DNA of 64,000 nt from Methanomassiliicoccaceae archaeon (GTDB lineage Archaea > Thermoplasmatota > Thermoplasmata > Methanomassiliicoccales > Methanomassiliicoccaceae). This document shows positions 1 through 8,077 of this stretch, in pieces; within the stretch, counting starts at the first letter, position 1; the number at the start of each line of letters is the position of its first letter. The DNA is taken from positions 480,001 to 544,000 of the forward strand of contig JAXGZN010000001.1 in the NCBI GenBank assembly GCA_040776945.1. The letters run 5' to 3'. The translations under genes were made by a program, and so were the position numbers. A model generated the notes under the pieces. It saw only the letters and a program-made list of their open reading frames with translations. It was not told the DNA's origin and did no database searches.

Positions 1-614
1 TGCTCGCGCTAAAGCTCACCGCGCAGGGGACTCCCATGACCACGCTGGACGAGGTCGTGCACGAGCGCTATTACTCGCCCAAATGGGGCATGAGCGCAGA
101 GACCATGGCGGGACTGCTCAATGCCTGCGGCCGTTCTAACAATGAGGGCGTGGGGCTCGCGCTGACGCTCGGGGACCCTTCGGCGATGGAGGAGGCCAGA
201 GCGCTCCGCCGCATCTACACCGACGAGGTACAGGCCTCCCTTAGGAAGATAGTTGCCAGTGGCATCACCCAGATGGAGAACATACAATACTTCTTCAACG
301 ACAATCTCGGGCTGTCAGGCATCCTGAGCGGGGTCACCATGCAATACTTCGGCGACCGGGGGAAACCGACCTTGGCCCTGGCGGAATCGGGCGATGACAT
401 CAAGGTCTCGTCCCGGGGGACTTTCGACATACTAGAGAGCGGCGTTGACCTCGCCGCCGCGCTAAGGGAGTGCGGACAGAAGGTAGGCGGGGTCGGAGGG
501 GGGCACCGCATCGCTTCAGGGGCCACGGTGCCTAAGGGCCGGGAGATGGAGTTCCTCGAGCTGGTGGATAAGATGGTCGGTGAGCAGAAGGCCCTGAAGA
601 AGGATGCCGGATGA
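1..614 (+). CDS. DHH/RecJ-like phosphoesterase, C-terminal DHHA1 domain (5' end outside the window)
   Basis: ORF 36-614 has KVSSRG and GGGHRIASGA, typical DHHA1 motifs; the frame appears to continue off the window start. Confidence 0.85.
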   Translation, partial: LALKLTAQGTPMTTLDEVVHERYYSPKWGMSAETMAGLLNACGRSNNEGVGLALTLGDPSAMEEARALRRIYTDEVQASLRKIVASGITQMENIQYFFNDNLGLSGILSGVTMQYFGDRGKPTLALAESGDDIKVSSRGTFDILESGVDLAAALRECGQKVGGVGGGHRIASGATVPKGREMEFLELVDKMVGEQKALKKDAG

Positions 615-1595
615 TCAGCGCCAGCTGACCTCTACTTCATCGGTGCGATACCGTTGATCGACCTTCGTATCATCGATGGTCATGCGCACTCCGGCGTTGT
701 GCATGAGCAGTCCGGTCCACGCGATCATGGCGCCGTTGTCGATGCACAATCGAGATTCGGGGACGAACATCTCCGCGCCGCGATCGCTCGTCATCCTAGC
801 TACCATGGCTCGGAGGCGCTTGTTCTGCACCACCCCGCCGCCCAGCAGAACCTCGCCCTTCTCGATGTGCGCCATCGCTCTCTCCGTGACCTCCGTCAAC
901 ATGGCGAAGCAGGTCTCCTGGACAGAGAAGCATATGTCCTCGAGGCTCTCGCCACGAGCGCGGTGGGCGACGGCGGCGGTCATGATCCCTGAAAAGGCCA
1001 TGTCCATGCCCTTGACCGAGTACGGCAGGTCAAGCAGCCTGCTGCCTTCCTGGGCGATTTTCTCGATCTTCGGGCCGGCATAGTAGCCGAGCCCGAGCTC
1101 ACGCCCGAGCTTGTCGAACATGTTGCCTATGCCTATGTCCAACGTTTCCCCGAATATTCGGTACCTGCCATTGGCGAAAGATATGATCTGAGTATTGCCG
1201 CCCGAGGCATAGAGGAGCACGGGGTCCGTGCAGTCGGTCTTGGCGACGCCGATCTCCAGGTGGGAGATGCAGTGGTTGACGCCGATGATGGGTCGGTCCA
1301 GTGAAACGGCCAGTGCGCGCGCGGCAGTGGCTACCGTCCTAAGGCAGGGTCCGAGCCCGGGACCTTGGGAGAAGCAGACCACATCGATCTCCTTCATCTC
1401 CACGCCGGCGGCGTCCAAGGCCTTGCGTATCAGTGGCACGACGACGTCGGAATGATGATTGGCAGCTTCGCGGGGGTGGATGCCTCCCTTCTCTGGGCGG
1501 TACATGTCCAGTTCGTTCGCCAGGATGTTCGCGTCCTCATCGACTATCCCCACGCCGCAGGTGTGGGCCGTGCCTTCTATACCGAGGCAGATCAT
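615..1595 (-). CDS. kae1: tRNA N6-adenosine threonylcarbamoyltransferase Kae1/TsaD (not fused to Bud32)
   Basis: LGIEGTAHT, GGIHPREAA, SQGPGLGPCL, VNHCISH, SGGNTQ, GETLDIGIGN and DNGAMIAW motifs. Confidence 0.97.
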   Translation of the reverse strand: MICLGIEGTAHTCGVGIVDEDANILANELDMYRPEKGGIHPREAANHHSDVVVPLIRKALDAAGVEMKEIDVVCFSQGPGLGPCLRTVATAARALAVSLDRPIIGVNHCISHLEIGVAKTDCTDPVLLYASGGNTQIISFANGRYRIFGETLDIGIGNMFDKLGRELGLGYYAGPKIEKIAQEGSRLLDLPYSVKGMDMAFSGIMTAAVAHRARGESLEDICFSVQETCFAMLTEVTERAMAHIEKGEVLLGGGVVQNKRLRAMVARMTSDRGAEMFVPESRLCIDNGAMIAWTGLLMHNAGVRMTIDDTKVDQRYRTDEVEVSWR

Positions 1596-1604
1596 GTTTT
1601 TATC

Positions 1605-1853
1605 TTACACCTTCGCGCCGTTGCCGGCAAGCTCGTTGAGACGGGCCATGATGGCGATGGCCCCCTCCGTCACCTGATCGTCCACCACCAGGATAGGGGT
1701 GTGCTTTCCCAGGATCTCGTAGTAAGCGGCCTCGGCCAGGCCCTCCGCGGTTGATGTGTCCACGTAGCTGACATGAAGCCCGGCGGGTATCCGCTCCTTG
1801 ATGTAATCGCACTTCTGGCAGCCCGGCTTGGTAAAGAGTAATATCTCTGGCAT
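1605..1853 (-). CDS. Small thioredoxin/glutaredoxin-like protein
   Basis: FTKPGCQKC (CxxC) and cis-Pro motif HTPILVV; ATG at 1853 chosen; ends 9 nt before kae1. Confidence 0.85.
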   Translation of the reverse strand: MPEILLFTKPGCQKCDYIKERIPAGLHVSYVDTSTAEGLAEAAYYEILGKHTPILVVDDQVTEGAIAIMARLNELAGNGAKV

Positions 1854-2430
1854 CCAAATCTCTAACCCCATAATAGGTGTGAGATTAATAGGTTTTCATT
1901 TTTCAGCATACTGAGCTGGGGCCACAGGGCCTTCGGCCTCCCATGATGGCCAATAGCCAAGCACAGTGCCGGCTTTGGCCTTCGCTCCGCACTTGCTCGA
2001 GGTCCAGAGATCGTTGCTAACCATCCCGATAGGGGGCCCATCATGCAGGCGGTCCATGCATATGGTGGAGCGCCGATCCCCTCTTTGTTACATATCATGA
2101 GGTGGATGCAGCTTTCTGGAGCGTGTCCGTCCCGTGCCAATATGATTATGGGGCATGAACGAGCCCCCAACGGCCCTTTCCCCGATCCGCCCGCATTGAT
2201 GCCCCGGCGAGACCGTCTCGCCAGATCCCCTCCTGCCGGCACAGGAACCTTCTATGCCCGTCCTTTGATAGCTACATATGTCCCTGCCCAGGACCATTAG
2301 GTCCGCGTCGACCGTACATGCGAAGAGCGGAGACAACATCTGCATCAAGGTCACGTCCAAGCTGCCCTCTGCCTCGGCCCGATGGGTAGCGATTATATGC
2401 TCCCATTTCGATGCGGTGATGGATGGGACG

Positions 2431-2784
2431 ATGGGGTCGAAGTTCGTAGCCATATGCAAGGGTTGCGGGTTCAGGTCAGAGGAGCTGTACGCGGGCTTCG
2501 GGTTCCAAGGGGCAGGGGACCATTACATGTGGCCGTCGATATGCCCCAAGTGCCGAAGCTTCGGCCTTAAGGACCAGAGGCATCCGCCACAGCGTTGCCG
2601 CCGGTGCAAGGCCGAGGTCGTGTTCTACGGTTCGGAGGACTTCTCGAAGAAGTACTTCCCAGACATAACCAAGGTGGAGCCGGTCGGCGAGGACACCTCG
2701 CAGAACATCCTTGATGGGAGGCATGTCTGCCCTGAGTGCGGCAAGGTGGCCCTTATCTTCGAGTCGAGGGGGGACTGGTCGTAG
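2431..2784 (+). CDS. Multi-zinc-ribbon protein of unknown function
   Basis: Four CxxC pairs (CKGC, CPKC, CRRC, CPEC); TATA-like gattatat at about 2391. Confidence 0.75.
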   Translation: MGSKFVAICKGCGFRSEELYAGFGFQGAGDHYMWPSICPKCRSFGLKDQRHPPQRCRRCKAEVVFYGSEDFSKKYFPDITKVEPVGEDTSQNILDGRHVCPECGKVALIFESRGDWS

Positions 2785-2896
2785 TCCGGTCACTTGATTG
2801 GAAGATAGGTCGGAGACCTGCCTTCCCCGATTTTATATTCATCTAATTATCTACGCTGCATCAGGAGACAATAGCGAACTTTCCGCCTTTCGCGCG

Positions 2897-2921
2897 GTAA
2901 CCGTATTTATATGGCGGTTAC
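2897..2921 (+). promoter_or_regulatory. TATA box enclosed by a 7-bp inverted repeat (candidate operator)
   Basis: GTAACCG-tatttatatgg-CGGTTAC. Confidence 0.55.
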
Positions 2922-3011
2922 AGAACGTTGCCTGATGTTCTACGGGGCAGGCAGGGGCGAAGCTAAGGAAGGACCGACCTCGGCCTTTGGTACCGTTGAG
3001 GAGATGCTCGC

Positions 3012-3266
3012 ATGACGCGGGGCTTTCCAATTTTAAAACTGGCGGGAACGGTCCTGTTCATCCTTGGAAGCATTGTGATGGCGTTCTCCATCGTCGGCCT
3101 GGTGCCCGGCGATCAGCCGGCTGAGGCAGGAGCGGCGATGTTCACCTATCTGGTCATCGACATACTGATGCTGTTCATGGCCACGTTCATGGTCTCCGCC
3201 GGCATGTTCTTCTACATCTATGGAGGGACATGGAGGTCCAAGGAACCCAGGCATAGGAGGCACTGA
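3012..3266 (+). CDS. Small two-TM membrane protein
   Basis: Two long hydrophobic stretches and a basic C-tail; GAGGAG Shine-Dalgarno upstream. Confidence 0.7.
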   Translation: MTRGFPILKLAGTVLFILGSIVMAFSIVGLVPGDQPAEAGAAMFTYLVIDILMLFMATFMVSAGMFFYIYGGTWRSKEPRHRRH

Positions 3267-3416
3267 CCCGGAACGCCCGGTCATCAAGGTCTCGGTTTTG
3301 GAAGGGACGGTCGATTGGGACGAAAGGACCGTCCGTCGAGGACCGAGCCATGCATGCTGGCTCTCAGCGAAAAGGATATAGACCAGAACGATATATGGAC
3401 AAATCCCGCTTGTGAC

Positions 3417-3489
3417 GGGCTCATGGTCTAGTGGCTATGACGTCTCCCTGACACGGAGGAGATCGCCGGTTCGAATCCGGCTGAGCCCA
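3417..3489 (+). tRNA. tRNA-Val(GAC), intronless, CCA not encoded
   Basis: Acceptor GGGCTCA/TGAGCCC; anticodon arm TCTCC-CTGACAC-GGAGG; T arm GCCGG-TTCGAAT-CCGGC; discriminator A. Confidence 0.97.
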
Positions 3490-3722
3490 CTTCCCTCATC
3501 CACCTTCTCTCAGTTCGTGTTCAGCGCCTGGACAGGCGCTCATGCTGCGGGTTGGCCGAACATTCGTGGCCGTCCAGTCCTTGCACCGGCGGTCTTATCT
3601 TTCGACCATTGCTCCGATGGGCTCTAACCGAACGATATTATGCGGATGCCTGAGAGGCCGCCCATCCCCCCTTTATGCTCGGCCCCCTGGCCCATCCCAT
3701 GGTCGATTGTGCAGAGGATCGC

Positions 3723-4424
3723 TCATTTCAGGTCATCCGTTCGGTTGAACCCGACCTCGACGTGCGTGCCGTCGCAAAATGGCATGCGCTTGGACCGGCC
3801 GCATCGGCAAAGCGCGGCGCTGTTCGCGGTAAGGTACGGCTCGCCGTCCGCGCCCTCGATGACTATGCCGCCCTTGACCCATAGCGGCCCGCTTATCTTG
3901 CGGCTAGGGTCCTCGGTCACGCTGATCGACCTCTCAATCTCCCGCTCGATCGGAGCGCCCTCGATCTTATCGTAGATCACCAACCTCCCGGCCGGACACT
4001 GTCCCGCGATCTCGATGGCGAGGTCCCTCTTCTCCTTGTTCCCGGAGTCAGCTATCAGCCGTCCGATCCCGCCCTCCCTCTGGCAGAACTGGGCTCGAGC
4101 GCAGGGGGCAGCATTGGGGTCCATGTCCACTCCAGGACCTTTGATCAGCCGAGGCTTCTCGCGGCGGGTTCGACGCACTGCCGTTTCCGTCCCGTCGAAC
4201 TTCGTGGCCGCATGCGAGCCGTCGCAGTACGGTGAACTCTTGGTCTGCCCGCATCGGCAGAGCGCGTAGCGCTCCTTGAGCGGATACTCGGCCACCTTTC
4301 TCCACTTTGTCGGCGGCCGGTCGCCCTCCCGGACCGCGGCCTCCCTGATCAGGGGGACATTGCCGATCACCATGTATGGTCCGTCCTTGACCACCCTTAT
4401 CCTGGCGTCCTTGTTGGATGACAT
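3723..4424 (-). CDS. CDGSH iron-sulfur domain protein (two CDGSH domains flanking a divergent Fe-S domain)
   Basis: CRCGQTKSSPYCDGSH and CRCGRSKRMPFCDGTH; central CARAQFC...CPAGRL; start MSSNKD at 4424. Confidence 0.92.
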   Translation of the reverse strand: MSSNKDARIRVVKDGPYMVIGNVPLIREAAVREGDRPPTKWRKVAEYPLKERYALCRCGQTKSSPYCDGSHAATKFDGTETAVRRTRREKPRLIKGPGVDMDPNAAPCARAQFCQREGGIGRLIADSGNKEKRDLAIEIAGQCPAGRLVIYDKIEGAPIEREIERSISVTEDPSRKISGPLWVKGGIVIEGADGEPYLTANSAALCRCGRSKRMPFCDGTHVEVGFNRTDDLK

Positions 4425-4545
4425 GCTGTCGTTCCCCTGACCGCAGATGCTTAGAACGGTGATATCTCTTTCCCATGCGTGGAAAAAAAGGGCGAAGAAA
4501 TGGTTTGCCAAGAGGTTTGGCGTGAGGGCGAGGGCTGACCCATGC

Positions 4546-6438
4546 TCACCTGATCCTCCGGGAGACCCAGAAGTACATCCCGGCAAGGGCTGCGGTGGCC
4601 GCCATCGATATCATGGCCAGCGAGCTTTCTCCGTCCGGTCCACCAAGCACGTAGGTGGACTCGGAGAACGACGACGCTGAGCTCATGGACACCGGCTTTG
4701 CCAGCGAGGATGGTATGCCATGCGGGGGCGCTCTGAGCCAGCCGAAGAAGTTCTTCATCCAGCTAGAGCGCCAGGAGGTCACCGTCCGAGGCTTGGGGTC
4801 GCTGGCGGCGGTGCTGCCTCCGCCTGAGGGGCTCTCAGGAACAGGCTTTGCGTCGGGAGCATCGTTCTTGGCCTCGTCCTCGGCCGACGGAACGGTCTGG
4901 TCCGACGGTGGTGTGGTCGCATTGGTCGTTTCCTCGGTACCGTTATCGCTCAAAGCCGGCTCGCCATCATTCCCAGGCGCAGGGGTCGTGTTGCCCGCCT
5001 CCGGCGATGTTGGCTTAACTGGAGGCGCGGGGGGCGCAGGAGGCGCGGGGGGCGCGGGAGCCTCAGTGACGGTCAGAGCGAACTCTTGAGATATCGCCCT
5101 TCCATCGGCGGCCTTCGCGGTCACCTTAACATAGTAAGTGCCGGCCTGTGACGGAGTGCCGGAGATAATGCCGCCGTTCACCGATAGGAATTTGGCATTC
5201 GTGGTCAGTGAAAGGGTCGTTGAGATCGAGGTTGTAACACTGTAGGCGTACCGTGATCCGGCCTGAACGCTCGTCGGCGGAACGGAGGTGAACTTCAGCT
5301 CCGGCAGAGGGGCGCTGGTAACTGGATCGGGGAGGAGCCCTCCAGTGTATGGATATTTGGGGGTGCCGGTCAGGACCATCGTGCCTATCATCTGCCCTCC
5401 GGCGTTCCAGATGCTCTGCTCACCAAAGGTGTAGCGGGTGAGGGGGTATACACCGTTGTAGCCAAGCTCTCCCCAGTACAGGGGCTTGCCCGCTGCCCGG
5501 GCCCAAGCCTCCGGATCGCTGAACAAGTAAGCGTTGCTCGATCCCGTGGCCGAAGCGTAGTAATGGCGGTGCAGGATCTCGAACCCGCAGGACCCGGTGG
5601 CGAGGTTGAAATCGTTCTGGCCCCAGCTGAACATCTTGCCGAGCCCGGCAACGCCCATGGTCCTAGGATGCGAGGATACGCCGGCGGTCGCTGCGGCCAC
5701 CGCCTTGGCCCAGTTGTTGAAACCGACCTTTCCGCCGTGGCTGCTCCAATAGTTGTTGTATACCAGGTCATGGTCCGGCTCGTTGAACATGTCATACATG
5801 AAGATCGCATTCTGCCCGTCCAGGGCCTTCATGGTGTCCTTGACGTACGCGATGTAGTTGGAGTAGGCGCTGCTCGAGGTATCGAAGACCGAGCCAGAGC
5901 CGCCATATGTGTAGGTCGGGTACTCTTGGGAGCCGGCCATGACGAAGCACAACCATACACCATGCTGCTCGGCCTCCTCGCACATGGTCTTCAGGAGGCT
6001 GAAGTAAGCATCGCGGTGGTGCAGCCATGCCTCATATTGAAGAGATGATCCCCACTTGTCACCGGCGCCCATCCTGACAAGGTCGCAGTCGTAGTAGGCA
6101 GTTATGGCAAAGTACTGATGCCAGAACTGCTTGGCGGTCTCGTGGTAGGGTATGTACCCTTGATTGGAGGTGTCCGGTCCGTTGAGGTGCGATGTCTTCC
6201 CTGCGAGGGCCTTCTCACCGTTGATGTACGCGACGATGGCCCACTGCAGGGCGGTCGTCTCCACCACGCCGAAGAACTTCTCCGACGTGGGCTGTCCATT
6301 GATCAAGATGCTCGTGCCCGACACGCTGACCCGGCCATATGGCGCCGTGGCCGATGCGGAAGGCGCGTCGAGTATGACCATCGTTCCGGGCAGCAACAAG
6401 GCGATGACCGCCAGCGCTACCGCTAACTTGCGATTCAT
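4546..6438 (-). CDS. Secreted, C-terminally membrane-anchored clan GH-A (GH5-like) glycoside hydrolase with Ig-like domain and Pro/Thr-rich linker
   Basis: Signal peptide MNRKLAVALAVIALLL; acid/base motif YDMFNEPD, HRHYY and nucleophile motif YWGELG; Ig-like FTSVPPT...ISGTP...GTYYVKVTA; PAP repeats; TM helix plus RRIR tail. Confidence 0.78.
   Translation of the reverse strand: MNRKLAVALAVIALLLPGTMVILDAPSASATAPYGRVSVSGTSILINGQPTSEKFFGVVETTALQWAIVAYINGEKALAGKTSHLNGPDTSNQGYIPYHETAKQFWHQYFAITAYYDCDLVRMGAGDKWGSSLQYEAWLHHRDAYFSLLKTMCEEAEQHGVWLCFVMAGSQEYPTYTYGGSGSVFDTSSSAYSNYIAYVKDTMKALDGQNAIFMYDMFNEPDHDLVYNNYWSSHGGKVGFNNWAKAVAAATAGVSSHPRTMGVAGLGKMFSWGQNDFNLATGSCGFEILHRHYYASATGSSNAYLFSDPEAWARAAGKPLYWGELGYNGVYPLTRYTFGEQSIWNAGGQMIGTMVLTGTPKYPYTGGLLPDPVTSAPLPELKFTSVPPTSVQAGSRYAYSVTTSISTTLSLTTNAKFLSVNGGIISGTPSQAGTYYVKVTAKAADGRAISQEFALTVTEAPAPPAPPAPPAPPVKPTSPEAGNTTPAPGNDGEPALSDNGTEETTNATTPPSDQTVPSAEDEAKNDAPDAKPVPESPSGGGSTAASDPKPRTVTSWRSSWMKNFFGWLRAPPHGIPSSLAKPVSMSSASSFSESTYVLGGPDGESSLAMISMAATAALAGMYFWVSRRIR
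5021..5056. repeat. 18-bp tandem repeat encoding the (APP)n linker
   Basis: ggaggcgcggggggcgc(a/g) x2. Confidence 0.8.
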
Positions 6439-6525
6439 ATTAATCAACCATTCCCTCACGCGATTACTTTCTCGAAGACCGGGCCGTAGGGTACTTGAAC
6501 ATTTCTTCAACAGAAGCTAAATAAG

Positions 6526-6583
6526 ATTCTGAGAATATAATTTGATAAATATTAATTTCCGGAACCACGTCCTTTCTGAGAAA
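6526..6583. promoter_or_regulatory. Two palindromic TTCT-G-AGAA boxes in the AT-rich promoter of the glycoside hydrolase
   Basis: ATTCTGAGAAT (6526-6536) and TTTCTGAGAAA (6573-6583). Confidence 0.55.
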
Positions 6584-6617
6584 TACCAGCCAGCTCGTTA
6601 TGATAGGGGCGTGGTTA

Positions 6618-7700
6618 TCAGGACTCACCAGCGATAATGATGTCTCTCCCCTGTACTATCCCTAGAATGTAGGCCCGTGCCCGCTCCATCTCTGTGGTCC
6701 ATTCAGGAAGGGCGTCGTATCTTCTCCGCGCCTGGGCGGACATCTTCGCCCTTATTGCCGGATCGAGGAGCGCTTCGAGCGAGGAAGCGATGCCTTCCGC
6801 ATCCCCTCCGCGGGCCAGGAAGCCTTCCCGGCCATGAGAGACGATCTCCCTCGCCCCGCCGGAGGCCGGTGCGATCACCGGCAGGCCGGCCGCCATGGCC
6901 TCCACGATGACAAGGCCATAGCCCTCATGATAGGACGGAAGCACCAGGACGTCAGATGAACGTATTATCTCGTCCCGGTCCCGGTCGGAGAGGTGTCCGT
7001 GGAACCGCACTGTCTCCTGGAGCCCGGAGGATGCCACCTGGCGGCCGACCGATAGCATATACTCCGGGTCCAGGGGGGTTCCCACGACGTCCAGGGTGAG
7101 CGAGGACCGGGGCAGGGAGGCGGCGGCGCGGACCAGGACGTCGAGGCCCTTGTGAGGCAGGATGTTGCCGAGGTACAGCGCGCGCAGCGGTCCTGTCCTC
7201 GGCGGTCGGGGCTCTGCCGGCGATACGTGCTCCTTCCCTGGATGGGCTACCGCTCCCTCTGCCCCAAGGACCAATGATCTCACCGAAGCCCTGGTGGCCC
7301 AGCTGTTGAAGATGAAGCCATCGGCAGAGCGAAGATAGCGGCGTTCCAAGAGCCGATGTCTCGCAGCATTGGAGGGGCACCTGTCGGCCAAGCAGGTTAG
7401 ATGATGGACGATGGAGATAATCGGTACGACCGAGGAACGGCGGAACCGCTCATTGAGCAGGCACAGCGAGGGGTGGCTCAGCTCATCCTGCAGTATAGCG
7501 TCAGCGTCGATGGCAAGCATCCGCCTCAGGAGCCGAGGGTCAAAGTTGTCGATGAGCCCAGCGACCGGCGGCCTCGAAGGGATGGAGATGACCTCGACGT
7601 TATCGCCTCTCGAACGGAGGTGCCTGACCAGCATCCGGTCGTAGAGGTAGCCGCCGGTGGGCGTGTCCAGGCCACCGTAGATCATGAGGCCGAGCCTCAT
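6618..7700 (-). CDS. Glycosyltransferase family 4 (GT-B)
   Basis: PTGGYLYDR N-terminal motif, GNILPHKG, and PSYHEGYGLVIVEAMAAGLPV (ExxxxxxxE); ATGA overlap with the upstream gene. Confidence 0.92.
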   Translation of the reverse strand: MRLGLMIYGGLDTPTGGYLYDRMLVRHLRSRGDNVEVISIPSRPPVAGLIDNFDPRLLRRMLAIDADAILQDELSHPSLCLLNERFRRSSVVPIISIVHHLTCLADRCPSNAARHRLLERRYLRSADGFIFNSWATRASVRSLVLGAEGAVAHPGKEHVSPAEPRPPRTGPLRALYLGNILPHKGLDVLVRAAASLPRSSLTLDVVGTPLDPEYMLSVGRQVASSGLQETVRFHGHLSDRDRDEIIRSSDVLVLPSYHEGYGLVIVEAMAAGLPVIAPASGGAREIVSHGREGFLARGGDAEGIASSLEALLDPAIRAKMSAQARRRYDALPEWTTEMERARAYILGIVQGRDIIIAGES

Positions 7701-8077
7701 GCCGGCGCTCCCTCGTAATCGGCCCATGCTGCCTGGTCCTCCCATATCTTGACCGAGATCGAGACCGAGGGATTTCCTAGACGGTCCCTGAGGCGATCGT
7801 GCACCTCCCGCGAGAGGTTCTCCAGGGACGGCGGCAAGACATGGAACTCCGGCAGCTCGTTGAGGCACCGCCCCTCGTACCGTTCAAGGACGACGGAGAG
7901 AGCGGCCTTCAGCTCGTCTATGTCGATGAGATATCCTTTTCCGTCCAGTTCCCGGCCGGCAACTGTCACTTCCACGAGATAATCATGGGAATGTTCCTTT
8001 TGTTCACGGGACGATGCTTGGGGAAGGTAGTGTCGAGAGCGGAGCCTCGAGCTGAGCCCGGTCCGGTACAAGCTCAA
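7697..8077 (-). CDS. 6-pyruvoyl-tetrahydropterin synthase family (COG0720) protein, non-QueD-type motif
   Basis: RHYL...EQKEHSHDY (three Zn-binding His, no catalytic Cys), GYLIDID, LNELPEF, PSLENL, KIWED. Confidence 0.88.
   Translation of the reverse strand: MSLYRTGLSSRLRSRHYLPQASSREQKEHSHDYLVEVTVAGRELDGKGYLIDIDELKAALSVVLERYEGRCLNELPEFHVLPPSLENLSREVHDRLRDRLGNPSVSISVKIWEDQAAWADYEGAPA

Noticed and set aside
5021-5056. Tandem repeat as a CRISPR or contingency locus
   Set aside because: Only two units with no spacers; it simply encodes a Pro-rich linker.
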